From: Shigella phage A2
Sequence record: OP197928
Direction: 5' to 3' (one strand)
Length of the DNA: 64,000 bases
The notes under the pieces are model-generated. The model saw only the letters and a list, made by a program, of their open reading frames with translations, did no database searches and was not told where the DNA came from. Position numbers and translations under genes: made by a program. Shown here piece by piece: positions 1 through 10,920 of this stretch. Every line of letters begins with the position of its first letter. Position 1 is the first letter of the stretch.

Positions 1-1
1 G

Positions 2-1939
2 GTTCAAAGCACCGTGGTTAATAACTCTACTGGTACAGCAGCTTTGGCCGGTAAATTCCAGTGGGGTCCTGCTTTTCAAATTAAACAGGTTACAAATGAA
101 GTAGATTTAGTTAATACTTTTGGTCAACCTACAGCTGAAACTGCTGACTATTTTATGTCTGCAATGAATTTCTTACAATACGGAAATGATTTGCGAGTTG
201 TGCGTGCTGTCGATAGAGATACCGCTAAAAACTCATCTCCGATTGCCGGTAATATTGAATACACTATTTCTACCCCAGGTAGTAACTACGCGGTTGGAGA
301 TAAAATCACGGTTAAGTATGTTTCAGAAGACATTGAAACAGAATGTAAAGTTACCGAAGTAGATGCTGATGGAAAAATTAAGAAAATTAATATTCCTACT
401 GCAAAAATTATCGCTAAAGCGAAAGAAGTCGGTGAATATCCAACATTAGGTTCTAACTGGACCGCGGAAATTTCTTCGTCTTCCTCTGGTTTAGCTGCAG
501 TAATAACTCTTGGAAAAATTATTACTGATTCTGGTATTTTATTAGCTGAAATTGAAAATGCCGAAGCTGCTATGACAGCTGTTGACTTTCAAGCAAATCT
601 CGAAAAATATGGAATTCCAGGAGTAGTAGCTCTTTATCCAGGCGAGTTGGGCGATAAAATCGAAATTGAAATCGTATCTAAAGCTGACTACGCAAAAGGG
701 GCTTCTGCATTACTTCCAATTTATCCAGGTGGCGGAACACGCGCATCTACTGCCAAAGCAGTGTTTGGATATGGACCACAAACTGATTCACAATACGCTA
801 TTATAGTTCGTCGCAATGATGCTATTGTTCAAAGCGTTGTTCTTTCAACGAAGCGTGGTGAAAAAGATATTTACGATAGTAACATCTATATTGATGACTT
901 TTTCGCAAAAGGTGGTTCAGAATATATTTTCGCAACTGCACAAAACTGGCCAGAAGGCTTCTCTGGAATTTTAACTCTGTCTGGTGGATTATCGTCAAAT
1001 GCTGAAGTAACAGCAGGAGATTTGATGGAAGCCTGGGACTTCTTTGCTGACCGTGAATCTGTTGACGTTCAGTTGTTTATTGCGGGTTCTTGCGCCGGCG
1101 AATCTTTAGAAACAGCATCTACTGTCCAAAAACACGTCGTTTCAATTGGTGATGCTCGCCAAGATTGCTTAGTACTGTGCTCACCACCGCGTGAAACTGT
1201 AGTTGGAATTCCTGTAACTCGTGCTGTTGATAACTTAGTCAATTGGAGAACTGCAGCAGGTTCATACACTGATAACAACTTTAATATCAGTTCAACCTAT
1301 GCAGCAATCGATGGTAACTACAAGTATCAGTATGACAAATATAATGATGTGAATCGTTGGGTTCCATTAGCAGCTGATATTGCTGGTTTATGCGCGAGAA
1401 CAGATAACGTTTCTCAGACTTGGATGTCTCCAGCTGGTTATAATCGTGGTCAGATTCTTAACGTTATTAAACTTGCTATTGAAACTCGCCAGGCGCAGCG
1501 CGACCGTTTATACCAAGAAGCTATCAACCCAGTAACTGGTACAGGTGGTGATGGTTACGTATTGTATGGTGATAAAACAGCTACTTCTGTTCCTTCTCCA
1601 TTTGATCGTATTAACGTTCGTCGTCTGTTTAATATGTTAAAAACGAATATCGGACGTAGTTCAAAATATCGTTTGTTCGAATTAAACAACGCGTTTACTC
1701 GTTCATCGTTCCGCACAGAAACTTCCCAGTACTTACAGGGAATTAAAGCTCTCGGTGGAATTTATGAATATCGTGTAGTTTGCGATACAACAAATAACAC
1801 TCCGTCAGTAATTGATAGAAATGAGTTTGTTGCAACATTCTACATTCAACCGGCTAGAAGCATTAACTACATTACCTTAAACTTCGTAGCAACTGCTACT
1901 GGTGCAGATTTCGATGAGTTAACTGGTCTTGCAGGTTAA
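2..1939 (+). CDS. 18: Tail sheath protein gp18, 5-prime end cut by window edge
   Basis: Reading frame is open from base 2; translation (VVNNSTGTAALAGKFQWGPAFQIKQ...) matches recalled T4 gp18 from about residue 20 onward; followed by tail tube gene. Confidence 0.95.
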   Translation, partial: VQSTVVNNSTGTAALAGKFQWGPAFQIKQVTNEVDLVNTFGQPTAETADYFMSAMNFLQYGNDLRVVRAVDRDTAKNSSPIAGNIEYTISTPGSNYAVGDKITVKYVSEDIETECKVTEVDADGKIKKINIPTAKIIAKAKEVGEYPTLGSNWTAEISSSSSGLAAVITLGKIITDSGILLAEIENAEAAMTAVDFQANLEKYGIPGVVALYPGELGDKIEIEIVSKADYAKGASALLPIYPGGGTRASTAKAVFGYGPQTDSQYAIIVRRNDAIVQSVVLSTKRGEKDIYDSNIYIDDFFAKGGSEYIFATAQNWPEGFSGILTLSGGLSSNAEVTAGDLMEAWDFFADRESVDVQLFIAGSCAGESLETASTVQKHVVSIGDARQDCLVLCSPPRETVVGIPVTRAVDNLVNWRTAAGSYTDNNFNISSTYAAIDGNYKYQYDKYNDVNRWVPLAADIAGLCARTDNVSQTWMSPAGYNRGQILNVIKLAIETRQAQRDRLYQEAINPVTGTGGDGYVLYGDKTATSVPSPFDRINVRRLFNMLKTNIGRSSKYRLFELNNAFTRSSFRTETSQYLQGIKALGGIYEYRVVCDTTNNTPSVIDRNEFVATFYIQPARSINYITLNFVATATGADFDELTGLAG

Positions 1940-1974
1940 TACGGTGCATTCTAAAGGCCTGTTTCGGCAGGCCA

Positions 1975-1982
1975 TATAAATA
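1975..1982 (+). promoter_or_regulatory. T4-type late promoter box TATAAATA
   Basis: Exact TATAAATA between gene 18 stop and gene 19; preceded by GGCCTG-TTTCGG-CAGGCC stem-loop at 1956..1973. Confidence 0.5.
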
Positions 1983-2033
1983 CACTATATCCTTAATTCT
2001 TTAATTCTATATGCCCTAGGTTAAACATAGGGA

Positions 2034-2041
2034 TATAAATA
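2034..2041 (+). promoter_or_regulatory. T4-type late promoter box TATAAATA upstream of gene 19
   Basis: Exact TATAAATA 14 nt upstream of GAGG Shine-Dalgarno and ATG at 2056. Confidence 0.6.
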
Positions 2042-2055
2042 CTACAGAGGCTAAT

Positions 2056-2547
2056 ATGTTTGTAGATGATGTAACACGAGCGTTTGAATCTGGTGATTTT
2101 GCTCGACCTAACTTATTCCAAGTAGAAATTTCTTATCTTGGACAAAATTTTACGTTTCAATGTAAAGCCACTGCTTTACCAGCTGGTATTGTAGAAAAAA
2201 TTCCAGTCGGATTTATGAACCGTAAAATTAACGTAGCAGGCGATCGTACATTCGATGACTGGACTGTTACAGTAATGAACGATGAGGCACATGATGCTCG
2301 CCAGAAGTTTGTTGATTGGCAAAGCATTGCTGCTGGGCAAGGGAACGAAATTACTGGTGGAAAACCAGCAGAGTATAAAAAGAGCGCTGTTGTTCGCCAA
2401 TATGCTCGTGACGCTAAAACTGTAACAAAAGAAGTCGAAATTAAAGGCTTGTGGCCTACCAACGTGGGTGAACTTCAATTAGATTGGGATTCAAACAATG
2501 AAATCCAAACCTTTGAAGTAACTCTCGCTCTCGATTATTGGGAATAA
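2056..2547 (+). CDS. 19: Tail tube protein gp19
   Basis: 163 aa, size and sequence match recalled T4 gp19; position between sheath and portal. Confidence 0.95.
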   Translation: MFVDDVTRAFESGDFARPNLFQVEISYLGQNFTFQCKATALPAGIVEKIPVGFMNRKINVAGDRTFDDWTVTVMNDEAHDARQKFVDWQSIAAGQGNEITGGKPAEYKKSAVVRQYARDAKTVTKEVEIKGLWPTNVGELQLDWDSNNEIQTFEVTLALDYWE

Positions 2548-2579
2548 AATGAATGGGGAGAAATCCCCATCCTGCTTAA

Positions 2580-4204
<1,625 letters not shown>

Positions 4205-4205
<1 letters not shown>

Positions 4206-4453
4206 TGGAAGGTTTAATTGAAGCTATTAAATCAAACGACCTCGTAGCCGCTCGTAAATTCTTTGCTGAAGCCATGGCTGCAAGAACGATTGATTTAATT
4301 AAAGAAGAAAAAATCGCTATCGCTCGTAATTTCTTAATCGAAGGTGAAGAACCTGATGATGAGGATGACGAAGACGAGGATGATGACGAAGATAGCGATG
4401 ATAAAGACGACAAAAAAGACAAAGACTCTGACGAAGACGAGGATGATGAATAA
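4205..4453 (+). CDS. 67: Prohead core protein gp67 (acidic C-terminal tail)
   Basis: 82 aa, poly-Asp/Glu C-terminus, ATGA-type overlap with gene 20 stop, T4 gene order 20-67-68-21. Confidence 0.85.
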
Positions 4454-4878
4454 TGCTTCTGATCCCTGAAACTCATGAATTAGTTCTCGAGAATGTCGAA
4501 GCACTTATTCCTGAAGCACAGGGTCGCTTTGACGAATTGTCTTCTGCTTTAAATAAAGACGATATAAATAAAATTATCGAGAATATGCTTGATGATGAAA
4601 CTGATTTAGCGGTTGCATTAGCTTCTATTAATGAAAATATGCCGTTAAATGAATTTATCGTTAAACATGTTTCTGCCCGTGGTGAAATTACTCGCACTAA
4701 AGATCGCAAAACCCGCGAACGTAATGCATTTCAAACTACCGGGTTGTCTAAAGCAAAACGTAGACAAATTGCTCGTAAAGCTACCAAAACGAAGATTGCC
4801 AATCCAGCAGGTCAATCTCGTGCTCAGCGTAAGCGTAAAAAAGCTCTTAAACGCCGTAAAGCATTAGGATTAAGCTAA
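4453..4878 (+). CDS. 68: Prohead core protein gp68
   Basis: 141 aa with basic C-terminus, translationally coupled to gp67 and gp21. Confidence 0.85.
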   Translation: MLLIPETHELVLENVEALIPEAQGRFDELSSALNKDDINKIIENMLDDETDLAVALASINENMPLNEFIVKHVSARGEITRTKDRKTRERNAFQTTGLSKAKRRQIARKATKTKIANPAGQSRAQRKRKKALKRRKALGLS

Positions 4879-5516
4879 TGAATGAACCCCAATTACTAAT
4901 TGAAACTTGGGGTCAACCTGGCGAAATTATTGATGGTGTGCCAATGCTTGAATCCCACGATGGAAAAGACTTAGGTTTAAAACCTGGTTTATACATCGAA
5001 GGAATATTCATGCAAGCGGAAGTCGTCAATAGAAATAAACGTCTTTATCCAAAACGCATATTAGAAAAAGCGGTAAAAGACTATATCAATGAGCAAGTTT
5101 TAACTAAACAAGCTCTCGGAGAATTAAATCATCCTCCACGCGCTAATGTTGACCCGATGCAAGCCGCTATCATTATAGAAGATATGTGGTGGAAAGGAAA
5201 TGACGTATACGGACGAGCTCGTGTTATTGAAGGTGACCATGGTCCTGGAGATAAATTAGCAGCTAATATTCGTGCCGGATGGATTCCAGGAGTTTCTTCT
5301 CGTGGATTAGGTTCATTGACTGACACAAATAAAGGTTATCGTATCGTAAACGAAGGATTCAAATTAACTGTAGGTGTTGATGCAGTATGGGGTCCAAGTG
5401 CTCCAGATGCATGGGTAACTCCTAAGGAAATTACCGAATCACAGACGGCGGAAGCCGATACAAGTGCCGATGACGCCTATATGGCTCTCGCAGAGGCCAT
5501 GAAAAAAGCGTTATAA
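4878..5516 (+). CDS. 21: Prohead core scaffold protein and maturation protease gp21
   Basis: 212 aa, matches T4 gp21 size and position. Confidence 0.93.
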   Translation: MNEPQLLIETWGQPGEIIDGVPMLESHDGKDLGLKPGLYIEGIFMQAEVVNRNKRLYPKRILEKAVKDYINEQVLTKQALGELNHPPRANVDPMQAAIIIEDMWWKGNDVYGRARVIEGDHGPGDKLAANIRAGWIPGVSSRGLGSLTDTNKGYRIVNEGFKLTVGVDAVWGPSAPDAWVTPKEITESQTAEADTSADDAYMALAEAMKKAL

Positions 5517-5519
5517 ATA
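5512..5519 (+). promoter_or_regulatory. T4-type late promoter box TATAAATA upstream of gene 22
   Basis: Exact TATAAATA overlapping gene 21 stop, 28 nt before ATG 5547. Confidence 0.6.
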
Positions 5520-5546
5520 TTATTATCTAAACAACAGGACTACAAA

Positions 5547-6356
5547 ATGCTTAAAGAACAACTGATTGCTGAAGCGCAAAAAATTGATGCTTCCGTTGCT
5601 CTTGATAGTATTTTCGAATCAGTTAATATTTCTCCGGAAGCAAAAGAAACTTTCGGCACTGTATTCGAAGCTACCGTCAAGCAGCACGCCGTTAAATTAG
5701 CTGAATCTCATATCGCTAAAATTGCTGAAAAAGCAGAAGAAGAAGTAGAAAAAAATAAAGAAGAAGCCGAAGAAAAAGCTGAGAAGAAAATCGCTGAGCA
5801 AGCTTCTAAATTCATCGACCATCTTGCGAAAGAATGGCTCGCTGAAAATAAATTAGCAGTTGATAAAGGCATCAAAGCCGAACTGTTTGAATCCATGCTT
5901 GGTGGATTAAAAGAGCTCTTTGTTGAACACAACGTTGTTGTTCCAGAAGAATCAGTTGATGTTGTAGCTGAAATGGAAGAAGAGCTGCAAGAACATAAAG
6001 AAGAATCAGCTCGTCTGTTCGAAGAACTCAATAAGCGTGACGCATATATCAATTATGTGCAGCGTGAAGTGGCATTGAGCGAAAGTACTAAAGATCTGAC
6101 TGAGTCTCAAAAAGAAAAAGTCTCTGCTCTGGTCGAAGGTATGGATTATTCAGATGAATTCTCAAGTAAATTGAGTGCCATCGTAGAAATGGTGAAGAAG
6201 TCTAATAAAGATGAAAGCACTATTACTGAGGGTATAAATACTCCTGATACTGAAGCAGCCGGACTGAATTTCGTCACTGAAGCTGTAGAAGATAAAGCTG
6301 CACCTGGTGCAGAAGATATTGTAAGTGTATATGCGAAAGTCGCATCTCGTTTCTAA
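5547..6356 (+). CDS. 22: Prohead core scaffolding protein gp22
   Basis: 269 aa, Glu/Lys-rich coiled-coil composition, T4 gp22 size and position. Confidence 0.93.
   Translation: MLKEQLIAEAQKIDASVALDSIFESVNISPEAKETFGTVFEATVKQHAVKLAESHIAKIAEKAEEEVEKNKEEAEEKAEKKIAEQASKFIDHLAKEWLAENKLAVDKGIKAELFESMLGGLKELFVEHNVVVPEESVDVVAEMEEELQEHKEESARLFEELNKRDAYINYVQREVALSESTKDLTESQKEKVSALVEGMDYSDEFSSKLSAIVEMVKKSNKDESTITEGINTPDTEAAGLNFVTEAVEDKAAPGAEDIVSVYAKVASRF
6233..6240 (+). promoter_or_regulatory. Late promoter for gene 23 located inside gene 22 (TATAAATACTCCTGATA)
   Basis: Exact TATAAATA inside the 3-prime part of gene 22, about 135 nt upstream of gene 23 ATG, as recalled for T4 P23. Confidence 0.6.
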
Positions 6357-6374
6357 TTTTAAAGGTTAACACAA

Positions 6375-7940
6375 ATGACTATCAAAACTAAAGCTGAACT
6401 TTTGAACAAATGGAAACCATTACTGGAAGGTGAAGGTTTACCGGAAATTGCTAATAGCAAACAAGCGATTATCGCTAAAATCTTTGAAAACCAGGAAAAA
6501 GATTTCCAGACAGCTCCAGAGTACAAAGACGAAAAAATTGCTCAGGCGTTCGGTTCTTTCTTAACAGAAGCTGAAATCGGTGGTGATCACGGTTACAACG
6601 CTACTAACATTGCTGCTGGTCAGACTTCTGGCGCAGTAACTCAGATTGGCCCAGCTGTTATGGGTATGGTACGTCGTGCTATTCCTAACCTGATTGCTTT
6701 CGATATTTGTGGTGTTCAGCCGATGAACAGCCCGACTGGCCAGGTATTCGCACTGCGTGCAGTATATGGTAAAGACCCAATCGCTTCCGGTGCTAAAGAA
6801 GCATTCCACCCAATGTATGGTCCAGATGCAATGTTCTCTGGTCAGGGTGCTGCTAAGAAATTCCCAGCTTTGGCTGCTAGTACACAAACCGTTGTGGGTG
6901 ATATCTATACTCACTTCTTCCAGGAAACTGGTACTGTGTATCTGCAAGCTTCCGCTGTAGTAACAATCGATGCTAGTGCTAACGATGCAACTAAACTGGA
7001 TGCTGAAATTAAGAAACAAATGGAAGCTGGCGTACTGGTAGAAATCGCTGAAGGTATGGCTACTTCTATCGCTGAACTCCAGGAAGGTTTCAACGGTTCT
7101 ACCGATAACCCATGGAATGAAATGGGCTTCCGTATCGATAAACAAGTTATCGAAGCTAAATCTCGTCAGCTGAAAGCTGCTTACTCTATCGAATTAGCAC
7201 AAGACCTCCGCGCTGTTCACGGTATGGATGCTGATGCTGAACTGTCTGGTATTCTGGCTACCGAAATCATGCTGGAAATCAACCGCGAAGTTGTTGATTG
7301 GATTAACTACTCAGCTCAGGTTGGTAAATCTGGTATGACCCTGACTCCGGGTTCTAAAGCTGGCGTATTTGACTTCCAGGATCCGATTGATATTCGTGGT
7401 GCTCGCTGGGCGGGTGAATCCTTTAAAGCTCTGTTGTTCCAGATTGACAAAGAAGCAGTTGAAATTGCTCGTCAGACCGGTCGCGGTGAAGGTAACTTCA
7501 TTATCGCTTCCCGTAACGTAGTTAACGTTCTGGCTTCAGTTGATACTGGCATTTCTTATGCTGCACAGGGTCTGGCTACCGGCTTTAACACTGATACTAC
7601 CAAGTCAGTATTTGCTGGTGTTCTGGGTGGTAAATACCGTGTATATATCGACCAGTATGCTAAACAGGATTATTTCACTGTAGGTTATAAAGGTCCGAAC
7701 GAAATGGATGCTGGTATTTACTACGCTCCATATGTAGCTCTGACTCCGCTGCGTGGTTCCGATCCGAAGAACTTCCAACCAGTAATGGGATTCAAAACTC
7801 GTTACGGTATCGGTATCAACCCATTTGCAGAATCCGCTGCTCAGGCTCCGGCTTCTCGCATCCAGAGCGGTATGCCTTCTATTCTGAACAGCCTTGGTAA
7901 GAACGCTTACTTCCGCCGTGTATATGTTAAAGGTATCTAA
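6375..7940 (+). CDS. 23: Major capsid protein gp23
   Basis: 521 aa; near-identical to recalled T4 gp23 (MTIKTKAELLNKWKPLLEGEGLPEIANSKQ...). Confidence 0.98.
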   Translation: MTIKTKAELLNKWKPLLEGEGLPEIANSKQAIIAKIFENQEKDFQTAPEYKDEKIAQAFGSFLTEAEIGGDHGYNATNIAAGQTSGAVTQIGPAVMGMVRRAIPNLIAFDICGVQPMNSPTGQVFALRAVYGKDPIASGAKEAFHPMYGPDAMFSGQGAAKKFPALAASTQTVVGDIYTHFFQETGTVYLQASAVVTIDASANDATKLDAEIKKQMEAGVLVEIAEGMATSIAELQEGFNGSTDNPWNEMGFRIDKQVIEAKSRQLKAAYSIELAQDLRAVHGMDADAELSGILATEIMLEINREVVDWINYSAQVGKSGMTLTPGSKAGVFDFQDPIDIRGARWAGESFKALLFQIDKEAVEIARQTGRGEGNFIIASRNVVNVLASVDTGISYAAQGLATGFNTDTTKSVFAGVLGGKYRVYIDQYAKQDYFTVGYKGPNEMDAGIYYAPYVALTPLRGSDPKNFQPVMGFKTRYGIGINPFAESAAQAPASRIQSGMPSILNSLGKNAYFRRVYVKGI

Positions 7941-7955
7941 TCTTTGACGATTTAA

Positions 7956-7979
7956 GGGACCTTCGGGTCCCTTTAGTTG
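7956..7979 (+). terminator. Intrinsic terminator after gene 23 (GGGACC-UUCG-GGUCCC plus U-rich tail)
   Basis: 6-bp GC stem with UUCG tetraloop followed by TTTAGTTGTTTTTAT. Confidence 0.75.
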
Positions 7980-7988
7980 TTTTTATGG

Positions 7989-7996
7989 TATAAATA
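7989..7996 (+). promoter_or_regulatory. T4-type late promoter box TATAAATA upstream of gene 24
   Basis: Exact TATAAATA 28 nt upstream of ATG 8024. Confidence 0.6.
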
Positions 7997-8023
7997 AATC
8001 ATATAAACTGAAAGGAAAGCGCA

Positions 8024-9307
8024 ATGGCTAAAATCAACGAACTTCTGCGCGAATCAACCACAACGAATAGCAACTCAATCGGTCGCCCAAATCTCGTTGC
8101 TTTGACTCGCGCTACCACTAAATTAATATATTCTGACATTGTAGCAACGCAAAGAACTAATCAACCTGTTGCTGCTTTTTATGGTATCAAATACCTTAAC
8201 CCAGACAATGAATTTACATTTAAAACTGGTGCTACTTATGCTGGCGAAGCTGGATATGTAGACCGAGAACAAATCACAGAATTAACAGAAGAGTCTAAAT
8301 TAACTCTCAATAAAGGCGATTTATTCAAATATAATAATATCGTTTATAAAGTATTAGAAGATACACCATTTGCTGATATTGAAGAAAGTGATTTAGAATT
8401 AGCTCTTCAGATTGCAATTGTTCTTTTAAAGGTTCGTCTATTTTCTGACGCAGCGTCAACAAGCAAATTTGAAAGCTCTGATAGCGAAATTGCAGATGCT
8501 AGATTCCAGATTAATAAATGGCAAACCGCCGTTAAATCTCGTAAACTTAAAACTGGTATCACAGTTGAATTAGCACAAGATTTAGAAGCAAATGGATTCG
8601 ATGCTCCTAATTTCTTGGAAGATTTGCTTGCAACTGAAATGGCAGATGAAATCAATAAAGATATTCTGCAGTCTTTGATTACAGTATCAAAACGTTATAA
8701 AGTTACAGGAATTACTGATACTGGATTCATTGATTTGAGTTATGCATCTGCACCTGAAGCTGGTCGTTCATTATACCGAATGGTATGTGAAATGGTTTCG
8801 CATATCCAAAAAGAATCAACTTATACAGCAACGTTTTGTGTTGCTTCAGCTCGTGCCGCTGCGATTCTTGCTGCATCAGGTTGGTTAAAACATAAACCAG
8901 AAGATGATAAATATCTTTCACAAAATGCCTATGGGTTTTTAGCTAATGGTTTACCACTTTATTGCGATACTAACAGCCCATTAGATTATGTAATCGTTGG
9001 CGTAGTAGAAAATATCGGTGAAAAAGAAATTGTTGGATCAATTTTCTATGCTCCGTATACAGAAGGTCTCGACTTAGATGACCCTGAACATGTAGGTGCA
9101 TTTAAAGTTGTTGTTGATCCAGAAAGCTTGCAACCGTCTATCGGTTTATTAGTTAGATATGCTTTATCTGCAAATCCTTACACCGTAGCAAAAGATGAAA
9201 AAGAAGCAAGAGTAATTGATGGTGGAGACATGGATAAAATGGCGGGTCGTTCAGATTTGTCTGTTTTATTAGGTGTTAAGCTACCAAAAATTATCATTGA
9301 TGAATAA
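8024..9307 (+). CDS. 24: Capsid vertex protein gp24
   Basis: 427 aa, paralog-like similarity to gp23 core (ELAQDL..., IFYAPY...), T4 position. Confidence 0.95.
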   Translation: MAKINELLRESTTTNSNSIGRPNLVALTRATTKLIYSDIVATQRTNQPVAAFYGIKYLNPDNEFTFKTGATYAGEAGYVDREQITELTEESKLTLNKGDLFKYNNIVYKVLEDTPFADIEESDLELALQIAIVLLKVRLFSDAASTSKFESSDSEIADARFQINKWQTAVKSRKLKTGITVELAQDLEANGFDAPNFLEDLLATEMADEINKDILQSLITVSKRYKVTGITDTGFIDLSYASAPEAGRSLYRMVCEMVSHIQKESTYTATFCVASARAAAILAASGWLKHKPEDDKYLSQNAYGFLANGLPLYCDTNSPLDYVIVGVVENIGEKEIVGSIFYAPYTEGLDLDDPEHVGAFKVVVDPESLQPSIGLLVRYALSANPYTVAKDEKEARVIDGGDMDKMAGRSDLSVLLGVKLPKIIIDE

Positions 9308-9313
9308 AACAAA

Positions 9314-9338
9314 GGGACCTTTCGGTCCCTTTTTATTT
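9314..9338. terminator. Bidirectional hairpin terminator between convergent genes 24 and rnlB
   Basis: GGGACC-TTTC-GGTCCC followed by TTTTTATTT on plus; sits between convergent ORF ends. Confidence 0.7.
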
Positions 9339-10341
9339 AACTTACCAATTCAATCCAAGCCGGACGAAGTACATCTTGTACCATTTTAACTAATTCCTTT
9401 TTAATCAAAGAAGGATTATCCGCTTGAGTTAGAGTAATACCTTCACGAGAAGTTTCTTCCAAAATATCTTGAACAGTTAGTCCCATCACCTTTCCAAAAT
9501 CTTTTGGACCAATTTCGCCAATTTTAGAAATAACGTTATTTACTCGGTTTAGTGTAACGTAACAAGCTAAAATCCCCACCAATTTGTTATCAGCTTCTGA
9601 TAGTTCAACTTTAGCTTTAATAGGCTTATCAGACTTTTTCTTTTCACTAAATTTAGAATTCTTGCATTTGATGGCTACACGATTGCGATTAGGCAGCCAA
9701 GAAGGATAACAAGGTTTCAATACATATCCTTCAGCGGTAAATACTTCGCCTTTGGCTTCAGCTTTCCAAACACATTTATTAGCGTCAATTAAACCTGCAT
9801 TATCTACGGTAAAATTATAAGACGGAACAACAGAATCCAAATCATTTGGAAGTTTAATAAGATCTTCAAATTTACCACGACCCAAAAGTGGAGCGATTTT
9901 AAACCCAAATGAATTACAAAACGATTCCATCATGTAATCATCGACATAAGTCACATCGCCACTTTCTGTAGTGACAATAATGTCAAATACATAAAAATCT
10001 TTATCGCCATAATCAACATTCTTCTGAATGCCAGGTCCAGCGAATTCGCCAAAGACTTGATAAGATACAACCGCTGAAGTTTCCATAATATCTTGGACAG
10101 CTTTAATAGAATCTTCGTAATTCTTTAGAATAATTTCATACCCAAAGAAATCTTCAGCAGGAAGAATCGGTCCAGTACGTTTAGCGCAAGTTACTTTATC
10201 ACGCTCAATAATCAAAGAAAAGTTTGTTCCATGAATTTTTTCACGAGCTACCCATTCGCCGCCAGTCAATCCCAAGCTATAAAGTTTTTCAATAAATTTA
10301 GAGTTGTAATGATTTTCAAGACTGCTATACTTTTTAAACAT
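9337..10341 (-). CDS. rnlB: RNA ligase 2 (gp24.1, RnlB)
   Basis: 334 aa; nucleotidyltransferase lysine motif ([10 protein letters not shown]); matches recalled T4 Rnl2. Confidence 0.9.
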   Translation of the reverse strand: MFKKYSSLENHYNSKFIEKLYSLGLTGGEWVAREKIHGTNFSLIIERDKVTCAKRTGPILPAEDFFGYEIILKNYEDSIKAVQDIMETSAVVSYQVFGEFAGPGIQKNVDYGDKDFYVFDIIVTTESGDVTYVDDYMMESFCNSFGFKIAPLLGRGKFEDLIKLPNDLDSVVPSYNFTVDNAGLIDANKCVWKAEAKGEVFTAEGYVLKPCYPSWLPNRNRVAIKCKNSKFSEKKKSDKPIKAKVELSEADNKLVGILACYVTLNRVNNVISKIGEIGPKDFGKVMGLTVQDILEETSREGITLTQADNPSLIKKELVKMVQDVLRPAWIELVS

Positions 10342-10350
10342 AATTAATCC

Positions 10351-10629
10351 TCAAAATGTAATTTCTAACCAATCACCATCACGCTGATCACTATTGACTT
10401 TAAAGCTGAATCCTTCTTTTCTCAGCCAATCACCAATTTCTTCAGTAATCAATTTATCGCGAGCAGTACAATAATAACTAAAATATGTTTTACCTTGTTC
10501 AGCTGCTTTATTAGCAAGTTCTGAAAAATCTTTAATAAAACACTCTAGCTTAAACTGTTTACTTTTTAATGCTTTTTCACGTAATTGATTAGCAAAAGAT
10601 TCATTTTCATAAAGATCATACTGTTCCAT
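10351..10629 (-). CDS. Hypothetical protein (T4 24.2 position)
   Basis: 92-aa ORF downstream of hoc, tightly packed. Confidence 0.6.
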   Translation of the reverse strand: MEQYDLYENESFANQLREKALKSKQFKLECFIKDFSELANKAAEQGKTYFSYYCTARDKLITEEIGDWLRKEGFSFKVNSDQRDGDWLEITF

Positions 10630-10831
10630 TTTTCACCTTTTTATTAATATGTCTTTTTCTATAGACAACTTTTTCTCGAGTTTCAAATTTATTCTTAGCA
10701 GTCATAGCTCGAGCCCATAATACAGCCACTTCTTTCGCCTGTAAGTTTAATTCACGAGCAATTTCAATGAATGACTTTCCAGACTCATGAAGAGTAAACA
10801 CCACAACCTCAGTTCTCATAATCAATCTCAT
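10616..10831 (-). CDS. Hypothetical small protein (T4 24.3 position)
   Basis: 71-aa ORF; start codon uncertain (alternative internal Met). Confidence 0.5.
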   Translation of the reverse strand: MRLIMRTEVVVFTLHESGKSFIEIARELNLQAKEVAVLWARAMTAKNKFETREKVVYRKRHINKKVKNGTV

Positions 10832-10889
10832 GTTATCGAGTTGGTGCCATTATATACATCATTTTCTGATTGTGTTTTGTGTGCTTTCA

Positions 10890-10914
10890 AAATGAAGAAA
10901 GGGGCCGAAGCCCC
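10890..10914 (-). terminator. Intrinsic terminator downstream of hoc (minus strand)
   Basis: GGGGC-CGAA-GCCCC hairpin; on minus strand followed by TTTCTTCATTTTG. Confidence 0.6.
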
Positions 10915-10920
10915 TTATGA

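Noticed and set aside
6561-7145. 194-aa minus-strand ORF inside gene 23
   Set aside because: Entirely antisense to the major capsid gene, Cys/Ser/Thr-rich composition unlike phage proteins; a frame artefact of a long, biased coding sequence.
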